Shown: positions 1 to 9,076 of the stretch, in pieces | How the letters are laid out: the number at the start of each line of letters is the position of its first letter | How positions within the stretch are numbered: the first letter of the stretch is position 1 | Assembly (NCBI GenBank): GCA_045569055.1 | Contig: JBJKZT010000013.1 | Span: 16,087 to 80,086, forward strand | Direction of reading: 5' to 3' | Origin: Fidelibacterota bacterium | GTDB lineage: Bacteria; Fidelibacterota; Marinisomatia; Marinisomatales; TCS55 | DNA: 64,000 nucleotides | Translations under genes and position numbers: made by a program | Notes under the pieces: generated by a model | What the model was told of the DNA's origin: nothing | What the model saw: the letters and a program-made list of their open reading frames with translations, nothing else | Databases searched by the model: none

Positions 1-1774
1 GCTTCAACATTTTTTTGACCGATGGATATGATAAATATCCAGATAATTCAGAAGCTGCATCATAACGACCAATGACGTTATCCCTTTTTAATTGCACTAA
101 TAAACCATCAACTGTTTTTTGTTGATTTAATGTTAAAAGTAATACTTCCTCAGGATCTAACCTTACTAACACTGGCTCTTTTTTAAAATTGAACCGATGC
201 ACAGTGTTTCTACCATCAATTAAAATAGATTTGTTCACAACTCGATTATTAAAATAAAAGTCAATACTCATTGGCAACCTGTAAAATTCAGGTGTTTTTA
301 TCCCAGATTGTACCTGATCTATTTTTATTGTTAGAACGCCTGAATCCCAATAAGTCTCAACTTCTAGTTGAGGATGACCAGCACTCAAAACCCATTGGTC
401 AAAAAACCAGGTCATATCCCTTCCAGTAGTCTCATTAACTACCCTAATTAAATCTTTAGTCTCTGGGTTGCCATAAGCATATTCAGTAAGGAATTGTTTT
501 TGAAATGCTTTCATATTATCATTTCCAATAATATCTCTTAGCATGTGAAGCACAGCTGCGCCTCTAGGATATATGTGACTATCAAAATTTTGACTTGGCC
601 ATTTCCAATAGGGATTAACCATCGGACGAGAATATTTGTTGTCAAACTCTCTTAAGTATGATTGTTTCTTCTTCCAGAGATTTATGTGACCCTCGTCTAC
701 TCCTTTAGAATGAGCGCTGTATAGGTATTCACCATACGTACCAAAACTTTCATTTAACCATGCATGGTGCCAATTACGCATCGTAATATAATCTCCCCAC
801 CAATGATGAGCCGCTTCATGTGCAACTAACCAATGGCTTGGGAAATCTTTTTCAGCTTTTGCATCATGAATTGTAGACTGACCTAAAATAGTTGCCGTTG
901 TACTTTCTGCCCCTCCTCCAATGGCAGGTATAGTAATTTGGTCCATTTTTGGCCAAGGATATGGTATGCCATATTCATCCTCAAAAAATGATAGAATTTC
1001 ACTGGTTCTATGAAATGATCGCATTGCATGTTTTTTATCATTTGGATATACCCAATAAGAAATGGGTATATTACCATGATAATCATTAATAACCTCAAAA
1101 GGACCAGCTACCATAACATAGAGGTATGTTGAATTAGGTAAATCTAAATCCCAGGTGTAAGTGACAGAATCTTGATCAACCGACTTTTCGGTTAACATTC
1201 CATTTGCTAACACTTTCCAATCTGATCTTACTGTAGCGGAAATTCTACTAGTAGCTTTATCAGCTGGATGATCATTGCTAGGAAACCAATGACGTGCTCC
1301 TGTTGGGAAAGAGTGGGTTTGTGCTAAGTTTGGATTATCATCACTTTTATCAAAAAATCCTAAACCAAGCAATACATTCATTCCAAATTTAGTCGGATCT
1401 GATACTTTACCTTCTGAATCATAAAAGATTGTATACGTAATCACTTCATTCTTTGAAATTGATCTTTTTGGATTAATTCTTAATAATCCATTTTTCTGAT
1501 TAAAGGATAGTCTCCTATTTTTCTCATAAACTGAAATAATTTTTACAGTTTCAATATTCAGTTTAACAAAATTAAGATTTGGCTTTAAAACCTTAAACTT
1601 TACAGATGTCTTTCCTTTAAACGACTTTATATGATCATAAAGATTTAAATTTATATCATAGTGAAGAACATCAATATCAAAATCAGGTTGCGTCTGGAAA
1701 GGTCTATCATAGACATCAATTTTTTGAGAAAATAAAAAAGAAAAGATAGTTGAATAAAGAATTAAGTATTTCAT
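1..1774 (-). CDS. M1-family zinc aminopeptidase (aminopeptidase N-like); the C-terminus runs off the window start
   Basis: Absent from the ORF track because no stop lies inside the window. My translation from the ATG at 1774 gives a signal-like MKYLILYSTIFSFLFSQ, then GGGAES (GxMEN-like), then LVAHEAAHHWWGDYITMRNWHHAWLNESFG. That is HExxH-x18-E, at about 750-830. Confidence 0.85.
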   Translation of the reverse strand, partial: MKYLILYSTIFSFLFSQKIDVYDRPFQTQPDFDIDVLHYDINLNLYDHIKSFKGKTSVKFKVLKPNLNFVKLNIETVKIISVYEKNRRLSFNQKNGLLRINPKRSISKNEVITYTIFYDSEGKVSDPTKFGMNVLLGLGFFDKSDDNPNLAQTHSFPTGARHWFPSNDHPADKATSRISATVRSDWKVLANGMLTEKSVDQDSVTYTWDLDLPNSTYLYVMVAGPFEVINDYHGNIPISYWVYPNDKKHAMRSFHRTSEILSFFEDEYGIPYPWPKMDQITIPAIGGGAESTTATILGQSTIHDAKAEKDFPSHWLVAHEAAHHWWGDYITMRNWHHAWLNESFGTYGEYLYSAHSKGVDEGHINLWKKKQSYLREFDNKYSRPMVNPYWKWPSQNFDSHIYPRGAAVLHMLRDIIGNDNMKAFQKQFLTEYAYGNPETKDLIRVVNETTGRDMTWFFDQWVLSAGHPQLEVETYWDSGVLTIKIDQVQSGIKTPEFYRLPMSIDFYFNNRVVNKSILIDGRNTVHRFNFKKEPVLVRLDPEEVLLLTLNQQKTVDGLLVQLKRDNVIGRYDAASELSGYLSYPSVKKMLK

Positions 1775-1956
1775 AGTGATGTTAATATAAAATAAAAAAA
1801 TCTAAATCCCTTCTAAAATAGCAAATGCAATATCCTGAATATTAAATATTATATGTAATTTCTTTCACAAATCACTTCTGGCTGATATTAAGGATATATA
1901 AATGACCAAGATAAAATTGATAGTTATAACAAACATATGCAAAGAAATGATCATTC

Positions 1957-3855
1957 ATGACAACTGATCAAATTGCAATATGTTTAATTATTATCACAAC
2001 TTTTGCACTTTTTGTGTGGGGTCGTTGGCGATATGATATTGTATCACTAGTAGCTCTATTTATCCTTGTATTAGTTGATAAAATACTTGGTGATAATAGT
2101 TCCCAACTAATTGAAGACCCAAGCCAAGCGTTTATGGGGTTTGGGCACCCTGCAGTGCTTACTGTTGCAACTGTATTAATTATTAGTCGTGCTTTACAAA
2201 ATTCGGGTGTTGTAGACCTTATAACTCGATCAGTAAAGCCATTTATAAATAATCAAATTGCACATATAAGTAGTTTAAGTGGTGTAATAGCTATCTTATC
2301 AGCTTTCATGAATAATGTTGGTGCTTTGGCTTTAATGTTACCCGTTACTCTCAAAACGGCATGGGAACAGAAACGTTCACCTAGTATTTTATTAATGCCT
2401 ATTGCTTTTGCCTCCATACTTGGTGGGATGATCACCATGATTGGAACGCCGCCAAATATAATTATTGCTAATCTAAGGAAAGAGCAACAACAACAAATTC
2501 TTTCGAAAGCTCTAGCAGATGCTAATTCTCAAGCGGCTGCCTATCTAGAGCACTTAAATATTATCAAAGAATCTTATGTACCCGCTGCATTTGGACTGTT
2601 TGACTTCACACAAGTTGGCGGAATTATAGCAATTTTAGGTGTTTGCTTTGTGGCATTCGTTGGTTGGCGACTGGTTCCTAAGGAAAATCAAAAAGCAGCA
2701 AGCTCAGACTCTCTTTTTTCTCTCGATGAATATGTCACAGAGCTACGTTTTCCAAAAGGGAGTTCATTAATAGGAGAATCTATAGGACAAGTAAATAAGC
2801 TAACTGGTGACAAGCTAACTCTGATTCGCTATATTGATAAAAATGGAAAAGCAATAGCTGTGAATCCTAATAACAAAATAAAAGAAAATGATCAATTTCT
2901 TGCCATGGCCGACCCAAGTGATTTAAAAGGAATGATGGATGAATACGATTTACGTCTTACTAAAGAAATGCGCTACCGTATTGATTCATTAAAAGATGAG
3001 AATACAACTTTTATTGAAGTTGTAGTTTCACCTGAATCACCATTGTTAGGAAGAGGTCGAAGCTATTTAAGAAGAAGATCATCGAACCATCTAATCCTTA
3101 TGGCAGTTGCAAGACAAGATAAACCAATACATAAGCGCTTAGGTAAAGTAAAGTTTCGAGTTGGAGATGTACTTTTATTACAAGGACCTGAAAAAGAGTT
3201 TAAACATGTTATTACATTGCTTGACCTTTTACCATTAGCTGAACGTGAAATAGAAGTCGGTGTTTTTTCAAAAGTTAGTTACTCATTATTAATTTTCACT
3301 GCTTCAATTCTACTAAGTATACTATCTATAGTACCTACGACAGTCGCCTTCGTAGGAGCGATTTTGGCTTATATTTTTTCAGGTATATTACCAATTCGTG
3401 ACTTATATAAGAATATAGATTGGCCCATTATTGTTTTATTAGGCGCTATGATACCCTTAAGTAATGCACTGGAGAGTACGGGCACTACAACACTAATTGC
3501 CGATCAAGTAGTTAGTCTAACAAACGGGTTACCAATTTGGTCAATAGTTGCTTTAGTTATGGTCATAACAATGTTTATGTCAGATATTATTAATAATGCG
3601 GCTACTGCCATGATTATGGCACCAATAAGTGTTGGTATTGCAATCTCATTGGGAGTTAACATGGATCCGTTTTTAATGTCGGTTGCCATAGGTGCTTCTT
3701 GTGCATTCCTAACTCCAATTGGTCATCAATGCAATGCGCTTATTTTAGGACCTGGAGGTTATCGCTTTAGTGATTATTGGCGTATGGGTCTGCCCTTGGA
3801 ATTAATTATTGTCATAGTAGGAACTCCATTAATATTATATTTTTGGCCTCTATAA
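1957..3855 (+). CDS. SLC13/DASS-type permease with two central TrkA-C-like domains
   Basis: 632-aa ORF. Two polytopic hydrophobic halves flank two soluble TrkA-C-like segments (ELRFPKGSSLIGESIGQ... and FIEVVVSPESPLLGRG...). This architecture is typical of SLC13 permeases. Confidence 0.75.
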   Translation: MTTDQIAICLIIITTFALFVWGRWRYDIVSLVALFILVLVDKILGDNSSQLIEDPSQAFMGFGHPAVLTVATVLIISRALQNSGVVDLITRSVKPFINNQIAHISSLSGVIAILSAFMNNVGALALMLPVTLKTAWEQKRSPSILLMPIAFASILGGMITMIGTPPNIIIANLRKEQQQQILSKALADANSQAAAYLEHLNIIKESYVPAAFGLFDFTQVGGIIAILGVCFVAFVGWRLVPKENQKAASSDSLFSLDEYVTELRFPKGSSLIGESIGQVNKLTGDKLTLIRYIDKNGKAIAVNPNNKIKENDQFLAMADPSDLKGMMDEYDLRLTKEMRYRIDSLKDENTTFIEVVVSPESPLLGRGRSYLRRRSSNHLILMAVARQDKPIHKRLGKVKFRVGDVLLLQGPEKEFKHVITLLDLLPLAEREIEVGVFSKVSYSLLIFTASILLSILSIVPTTVAFVGAILAYIFSGILPIRDLYKNIDWPIIVLLGAMIPLSNALESTGTTTLIADQVVSLTNGLPIWSIVALVMVITMFMSDIINNAATAMIMAPISVGIAISLGVNMDPFLMSVAIGASCAFLTPIGHQCNALILGPGGYRFSDYWRMGLPLELIIVIVGTPLILYFWPL

Positions 3856-3915
3856 AAAAATCTTGTTTTTGGACAATAATTAGTAAGTTTTTTCAGATTT
3901 TTTTTGATTTAATGT

Positions 3916-4776
3916 CTACTGAGATTTTTTTCTTATATACCAAAAAACAAATGGTAGGCAGATAAAATACATCAAAATACTATACACGCCTGATGGAATG
4001 CTCAATATTGACAGTCCGCTTTCTGGATTAATAATTAAATTACCAACAGTAATCCCTACGGTGCCATTTTGAATCCCAGACTCTATTGCTACGGTTATAG
4101 ACTGCTTACTGCTCATCTTAAACAACGTTGAACTACTATAAGCGATTATAAGCATCGCAATTATCAAGAATACAATTGCTGGACCTAAGTGCAAAAAATT
4201 AGTAATAAATATATCCCATTCGCTTGCTAGTGCGCCTAAAATGATGATTATAAATAATACAGTAGAAATTTTGGTTGCCGTTCCATCAAATGCATCTGCA
4301 AAAAGTTTATTTTTAAATCGTACCAGCATTCCTATTCCTACAGGTACAGCAGTTATAAAAAACATGGTTAATCCTAATGACAAAATATTCAATGGTGGCG
4401 CATCAGCTCCCATAAAATAATTCATAGATAGACCGGTAATTATTGGAAGGGTGAATATGGTTAAAATACTTATAACGGCAGTATAAGATATCGATAATGC
4501 AGTATCACCATTTGCCAGTTTAGTTATCATATTTGACGTGACACCACCAGGACAGGATGCGAGTATCATCATCCCAACAGCGATCTCTTTTGTGATGCCC
4601 ATTAATGATATAATGATGAAAGCTGCTAATGGAAGCATCAACATTTGATTTATGATGCCAACTAAAAATGGCTTCGGTTTATGAATCAGATTTGTAAAGT
4701 CACTAGACTTTAGTCCTAGGCCTAAAGTGAACATGATAAATATCAATGAGAGTGGTAAAAAAATATCAATTATCAT
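3916..4776 (-). CDS. Bile acid:sodium symporter (BASS/SBF-like) family transporter
   Basis: 286-aa polytopic ORF with BASS-like segments QMLMLPLAAF and ILASCPGGVTSNMITKLANGDTALS. Confidence 0.75.
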   Translation of the reverse strand: MIIDIFLPLSLIFIMFTLGLGLKSSDFTNLIHKPKPFLVGIINQMLMLPLAAFIIISLMGITKEIAVGMMILASCPGGVTSNMITKLANGDTALSISYTAVISILTIFTLPIITGLSMNYFMGADAPPLNILSLGLTMFFITAVPVGIGMLVRFKNKLFADAFDGTATKISTVLFIIIILGALASEWDIFITNFLHLGPAIVFLIIAMLIIAYSSSTLFKMSSKQSITVAIESGIQNGTVGITVGNLIINPESGLSILSIPSGVYSILMYFICLPFVFWYIRKKSQ

Positions 4777-4801
4777 AGGCTTAATATATAATTATAAAGA
4801 T

Positions 4802-4831
4802 AAAAAACCCTCCAATTAAGGAGGGTTTTTT
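4802..4831. terminator. Possible bidirectional intrinsic terminator
   Basis: AAAAAA-CCCTCC-aattaa-GGAGGG-TTTTTT. The stem is perfect, with an A-run on one side and a T-run on the other. It lies between the BASS gene start region and the tRNA-Leu 3' end. Confidence 0.5.
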
Positions 4832-4856
4832 ATTCAAAAGTAGCTTTCTACTTTTG

Positions 4857-4943
4857 TGGTGCCCGAGGCCGGACTCGAACCGGCACGGCTTATTCAGCCA
4901 ACGGATTTTAAGTCCGTCATGTCTACCAATTCCATCACCCGGG
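4857..4943 (-). tRNA. tRNA-Leu (anticodon UAA), CCA encoded
   Basis: The reverse complement reads GCCCGGGTGATGGAATTGGTAGACATGACGGACTTAAAATCCGTTGGCTGAATAAGCCGTGCCGGTTCGAGTCCGGCCTCGGGCACCA. It has a 7-bp acceptor stem, anticodon loop CTTAAAA, a long variable arm and a GGTTCGAGTCC T-arm. Confidence 0.9.
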
Positions 4944-4954
4944 CAAATATTAAT

Positions 4955-5029
4955 GAGGCGTCGGCCGGATTCGAACCGGCGAATGGCGGTTTTGCAAACC
5001 GATCCCTTAGACCACTTGGGTACGACGCC
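4955..5029 (-). tRNA. tRNA-Cys (anticodon GCA)
   Basis: The reverse complement reads GGCGTCGTACCCAAGTGGTCTAAGGGATCGGTTTGCAAAACCGCCATTCGCCGGTTCGAATCCGGCCGACGCCT. The acceptor stem is GGCGTCG/CGACGCC, the anticodon loop is TTGCAAA, and the discriminator is U as expected for Cys. CCA is not encoded. Confidence 0.9.
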
Positions 5030-5094
5030 ATTTAAAATAAATTTATCATTTAATTAACAGGGTCGGAAATTAGGGTCATTTACCAATAAATCAA

Positions 5095-5241
5095 TCAAGC
5101 AAATCTAAATAATAACTCTCTAATAGCCTCCATTTTTGTATTTAATTCATTAATAGCTTGAGTTTGAAGCCAAACTTGCACTGATAGTGATAAAAACCCG
5201 ACAATCATTAATCCGTAAAGAACCTTTATATGTTTTTGCAA
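5095..5241 (-). CDS. Possible 48-aa single-TM mini-protein (below the track's size cut-off)
   Basis: TTG start 6 nt after AAAGGAG. Translation is LQKHIKVLYGLMIVGFLSLSVQVWLQTQAINELNTKMEAIRELLFRFA*. Support is only the SD-like site and one hydrophobic helix. Confidence 0.25.
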   Translation of the reverse strand: MQKHIKVLYGLMIVGFLSLSVQVWLQTQAINELNTKMEAIRELLFRFA

Positions 5242-5281
5242 AGAAGTACTCCTTTCACTAAATTATTTTATTGGGTTAATT

Positions 5282-5524
5282 TTGAATATGGAAATGAAAA
5301 ACATAAACATGTATCAACGACTAAGGGATTTTAATGTCCCAGCAATGGTTTTAGATGAAATATTTGCGAATGAAAAAGATCTCAAAACGTTAGAAAAATC
5401 ATGGAAAGATTTAGTGAAGGATGGATTAAAGAATGATGAAGTTGCTGAATCTATTGCAAAAGTTATGCTAGAAGAATTAGGAGATGACTTCATTCAATCA
5501 ATTTCTGATTTTAATGAAAAGTAA
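5282..5524 (+). CDS. Hypothetical small acidic protein
   Basis: 80-aa track ORF with no motif I recognise. The start is ambiguous (TTG 5282 or ATG 5288). Confidence 0.3.
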   Translation: MNMEMKNINMYQRLRDFNVPAMVLDEIFANEKDLKTLEKSWKDLVKDGLKNDEVAESIAKVMLEELGDDFIQSISDFNEK

Positions 5525-5850
5525 TGATAGCGAATATTAGAAGGTTTTTTCTTTTTTACTGGTTGATAATATTTAGTTTCTGAAAAGGATTTAACATCAT
5601 TATTAATTTGAATCATTTTTCTATTTAATACTTTATCATAACCCTTTTCGTCCAATAATATATAATCATTACAATTATCATAAATATTATTTAAAAGAGC
5701 CGACTTTGGTTCATTCATATAAAGTATTGGATTTGCATCCATTCTTAGTTTCATCCTAAGAGCAATTTTATAGTTTTCACTTGAACTATCCTTAATCTGA
5801 CAAAAGACTGAACTCATTAAAAATAGAATTGATATAAAATATTTTGTCAT
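5494..5850 (-). CDS. Hypothetical secreted protein
   Basis: 118-aa ORF with signal peptide MTKYFISILFLMSSVFCQ. It is the last gene of a tightly packed three-gene minus-strand cluster. Confidence 0.4.
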   Translation of the reverse strand: MTKYFISILFLMSSVFCQIKDSSSENYKIALRMKLRMDANPILYMNEPKSALLNNIYDNCNDYILLDEKGYDKVLNRKMIQINNDVKSFSETKYYQPVKKKKPSNIRYHYFSLKSEID

Positions 5851-5851
5851 T

Positions 5852-6178
5852 TTAATTAAAAGATAAATAGGCTATAAATAAAACAATGCAGTATGTAAAA
5901 GTTGAAGTTTTTCCAACAAACGTCTTTGCATTCTCTGAATCAGATATTAATTGATTTTGATTAACTTCTTTTTTCACAGCTTTTACTAAATCTTTATTCT
6001 TACATCTTCTTAAATCTAAATAATATTCCATTTTTTCAGATAAATTTAAAGAGCGATAACCTGATTCTCTTGCTTTTTTAACAATTAGACTTCCACAAGA
6101 ATCATTAATATTATTACCACTTTGCCCTACTAAGCAGGAAAAAAATAAAAAAAATGATATGATAGAAGATTTTACCAT
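5852..6178 (-). CDS. Hypothetical secreted protein
   Basis: 108-aa ORF with signal peptide MVKSSIISFFLFFSCLVGQ. It overlaps the upstream gene by 7 nt and sits 1 nt from the downstream gene. Confidence 0.4.
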   Translation of the reverse strand: MVKSSIISFFLFFSCLVGQSGNNINDSCGSLIVKKARESGYRSLNLSEKMEYYLDLRRCKNKDLVKAVKKEVNQNQLISDSENAKTFVGKTSTFTYCIVLFIAYLSFN

Positions 6179-6894
6179 GCAAAAATAAAATGTAATTTAA
6201 AAACTGGTAACTTTTTAATATTCATCGTTGGCCCATCAATCTTTTCACCTTCTAACTTCCAATTTTTTTCTTTATAAGAGTTTTGCAAAAACCCAGCTTT
6301 TCCATCGACCGCAAACCATGGATAAAGATAATATCTAAAGCCTATCATGCTTGCTAAACCGAACCACCGTTTTGTCATTTCACTTTCGGTTGAGGTCTTA
6401 ATACTCGAATTTCCATAGCTGGTTAAGATTGAGTCCCAATCTGTGGATGCGCCTGTAGATGATAATTTAATAATTCCTTTATTGTACATTGGAGCTAACA
6501 TAAAGTTTAGCTCCATTTTCTTTCTTGGATAATAAAAGGTTTCGAATGTTAGCATACGATATGAAATTGTTCTTAGATAATCAGATTCTCCTATCTTTCC
6601 AGAATGATAGGAATTTGATCTAGAATACCCTATCCTAGTATTTGGGTAAAACTGATATTTTACTCCCCAATCTAGTAAAATATTTTTTCCAAAAGCTCCT
6701 AAAGATGGGATCACTTTATTTGAATCAGGGTCTAAATATCCAAGAGATGGGCTATAAAAGCCAGTACCTATATGAAATGAAATTTTTGGTTGAGCTATTA
6801 TTGTAGCTAAAAATAAAAAATTAAGTAGAATAAACTTTTTATATTTTTTAGACTGATGTCGATTGTTGAATATCATTAAATTTCTGTATTGCAT
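6172..6894 (-). CDS. Putative outer-membrane beta-barrel protein
   Basis: 240-aa ORF with signal region ...KKFILLNFLFLATIIAQ, alternating Gly/aromatic-rich strands, and a C-terminal aromatic signature ...FKLHFIFAW. Confidence 0.4.
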   Translation of the reverse strand: MQYRNLMIFNNRHQSKKYKKFILLNFLFLATIIAQPKISFHIGTGFYSPSLGYLDPDSNKVIPSLGAFGKNILLDWGVKYQFYPNTRIGYSRSNSYHSGKIGESDYLRTISYRMLTFETFYYPRKKMELNFMLAPMYNKGIIKLSSTGASTDWDSILTSYGNSSIKTSTESEMTKRWFGLASMIGFRYYLYPWFAVDGKAGFLQNSYKEKNWKLEGEKIDGPTMNIKKLPVFKLHFIFAW

Positions 6895-6949
6895 TTCAAG
6901 TAAGAATTTATTTTAACTACACAAAAGACCAACATACTTTATCTTAAAC

Positions 6950-9076
6950 ATGAAAAATTTACAAATATACTTAATTTTGCTCTTCATAATTAGTTGTGGA
7001 CCAGAATTGCAAACAGTTATTAATCGCGATCAATATGATCGAATAATTCTAAAAGCTGAACTTAAAGGTGACGCTGATACACTATGGACTCATATTTACA
7101 CCTATCATGAATTAATTGAAGATAGTCTTCTTACTGATAGTTCAAGTAGCGAATTATCTATTGATTCAGCAGGAGATTTAACTTGGGGTGAAGAACCAAA
7201 AATAGACAATGAATCAATTAATGATAGTTTAAATGAAAGCAAAAAAGACTCTATTTTGATTCCCGTTAATGTTGATACAACTAAAAAAAGCTTTTCAAGT
7301 TTTATTAAAAATAAAGCTGATGGTGAATGGAAAGAATGGTATCCAAGTGGAACAATTAAATCAACTTCATTCCATAAAAAAGGTAGGTTGGAAGGTCTTT
7401 ATAGCTATTATGATAGCTTGGGTGTTCTGATTAAAACTGAAACTTATTCAAAGGGACTTCTTACAGGTTTTGTAAGAGAATATTTAGATGGCTCTACCCT
7501 TTTATCAGAAAAAACATTTAAAAAAGATAGCTTAGATGGCAAATGGTCTATTTGGCATTCAAACGGTCAAATAAATGTGATTAAAGAGTTTAAGAATGGA
7601 TCACCCACAGGTAATTGGATCTTTAATTCTGATAAAGGTGAATGGTCAAGAGAAGAACAATATAAAAAAGGGCTAGCTGATGGAATATGGTCATTTTATG
7701 ATTCTATTGGTGTAAAAGTATTTCAATATTATACAAAAGGTGAATTAATAGCTGAGTATAATGAAGCTAAATGGCCCAATGGCCAAATTAAAGAAGTACC
7801 TGAATTTAAAAATGGACTTCCTCATGGAACTTGGACTGGTTACTGGCCTGATGGTTCAATAAAATATAGTTTAAATTATAAAAATGGTAAAAAACATGGT
7901 TTAAATACAAAATATGATTCATTAGGCGTTCTAATATTTGAAGTAAATTATGTAAAAGGTCAAAAAGATGGTTCTGAAAAAGATTTCTTTTCTAATGGTA
8001 AAATTAAAAGATTAGCAAAATACAAGGAAGGAAAGCTTAATGGAAAAACTGAATTATTTAATATTGATGGAATAAAATTAGAGACGTTAACTTACAAAGA
8101 TAGTCTAAAGAATGGCGATCATATTTATTGGTGGAGAAATGGAGAAAAAAATAAAGTTTTTATTTATGATGCTAATATTCTAAATGGAAAATATGAAGAA
8201 TGGGATAGTTTAGGGACTGATATAGTTAAAGGTTTTTATTCTGATGGAAAACAACATAAAAAATGGCTTTATTTTGATAGTGAAGGACATCGTGAAAAAA
8301 TAATTTTTATAAAAATGGATTCAATTATAAAAGATTATACATTTGAATATTATACTAACTGGCAAGTAAAAGAGGAACCTAGCTTTAATGATGAGGGTCT
8401 TTATAATGACAAATGGGAAAAATTCTTTTTAAATGGTATGACATCAAAAACATCCTACTATTTAGATGACAAACTATCAGGGTTAACAACCGTTTTTTGG
8501 GATTCAACTTATAATAAACAGTCTGAGAGCATGTATCTTAATGACAGTCTTAATGGAAACTATTTTGAATGGTATATTGATGGTAAACAAAAAGAAGAAG
8601 GCAATTATAAATTTGATAAAAAAGATTTACTTTGGACCTATTGGAATGAATTTGGTGAAAGGCGTTTTGAAGAATGGCAAGACGGTGTTTTATTTGATAC
8701 TTTTGAATATGAATATTATCCCAATGGTCAGGTTAAAGAAGAACCATCTTATGAAAATGGTAAAAAACATGGTGATTGGGTACGATACTTTCAAGACGGA
8801 ACCATCAGAGGCACATCGGCTTACAAAGATGGTATGAAAGATGGTTTGTGGATCGATTACTTTAGACCTGAGCAAATTGCTTTCCAGGGAAAATATGAAA
8901 AAAACATAAAAGTTGGTAAATGGGAATGGTTTTGGTTGAATCGCTCATTGATGAGTAATGTAACGTATGATAATGGCACCATTTCTTTTGAAGAGTGTTA
9001 TAATCGCTCTGATGGTTCAATACGTGACTGTTCAAAAGTATTTAGCCCTGATGATATTTATTTTAAAAATGAATAA
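6950..9076 (+). CDS. MORN-repeat-variant (YwqK-like) repeat lipoprotein
   Basis: 708 aa with lipobox LILLFIISC. More than 20 copies of a ~23-aa G-x-W-x-x-(Y/W)-x-x-G repeat, for example GEWKEWYPSGTIKSTSFHKKGRLEGLYSYYDSLG. Confidence 0.75.
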   Translation: MKNLQIYLILLFIISCGPELQTVINRDQYDRIILKAELKGDADTLWTHIYTYHELIEDSLLTDSSSSELSIDSAGDLTWGEEPKIDNESINDSLNESKKDSILIPVNVDTTKKSFSSFIKNKADGEWKEWYPSGTIKSTSFHKKGRLEGLYSYYDSLGVLIKTETYSKGLLTGFVREYLDGSTLLSEKTFKKDSLDGKWSIWHSNGQINVIKEFKNGSPTGNWIFNSDKGEWSREEQYKKGLADGIWSFYDSIGVKVFQYYTKGELIAEYNEAKWPNGQIKEVPEFKNGLPHGTWTGYWPDGSIKYSLNYKNGKKHGLNTKYDSLGVLIFEVNYVKGQKDGSEKDFFSNGKIKRLAKYKEGKLNGKTELFNIDGIKLETLTYKDSLKNGDHIYWWRNGEKNKVFIYDANILNGKYEEWDSLGTDIVKGFYSDGKQHKKWLYFDSEGHREKIIFIKMDSIIKDYTFEYYTNWQVKEEPSFNDEGLYNDKWEKFFLNGMTSKTSYYLDDKLSGLTTVFWDSTYNKQSESMYLNDSLNGNYFEWYIDGKQKEEGNYKFDKKDLLWTYWNEFGERRFEEWQDGVLFDTFEYEYYPNGQVKEEPSYENGKKHGDWVRYFQDGTIRGTSAYKDGMKDGLWIDYFRPEQIAFQGKYEKNIKVGKWEWFWLNRSLMSNVTYDNGTISFEECYNRSDGSIRDCSKVFSPDDIYFKNE

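Noticed and set aside
883-1098. 71-aa minus-strand track ORF
   Set aside because: It is in a different frame inside the M1 aminopeptidase gene, whose frame carries the HExxH-x18-E motif.
4854-5057. 67-aa + strand track ORF (MWCPRPDSNRHG...)
   Set aside because: It is simply the translation of the antisense of tRNA-Leu and tRNA-Cys. The two tRNAs explain the region fully.
8967-9068. N-terminal extension of the 458-aa track ORF
   Set aside because: The extension lies inside the MORN-repeat gene in another frame. The signal peptide begins at the internal ATG at 9069.
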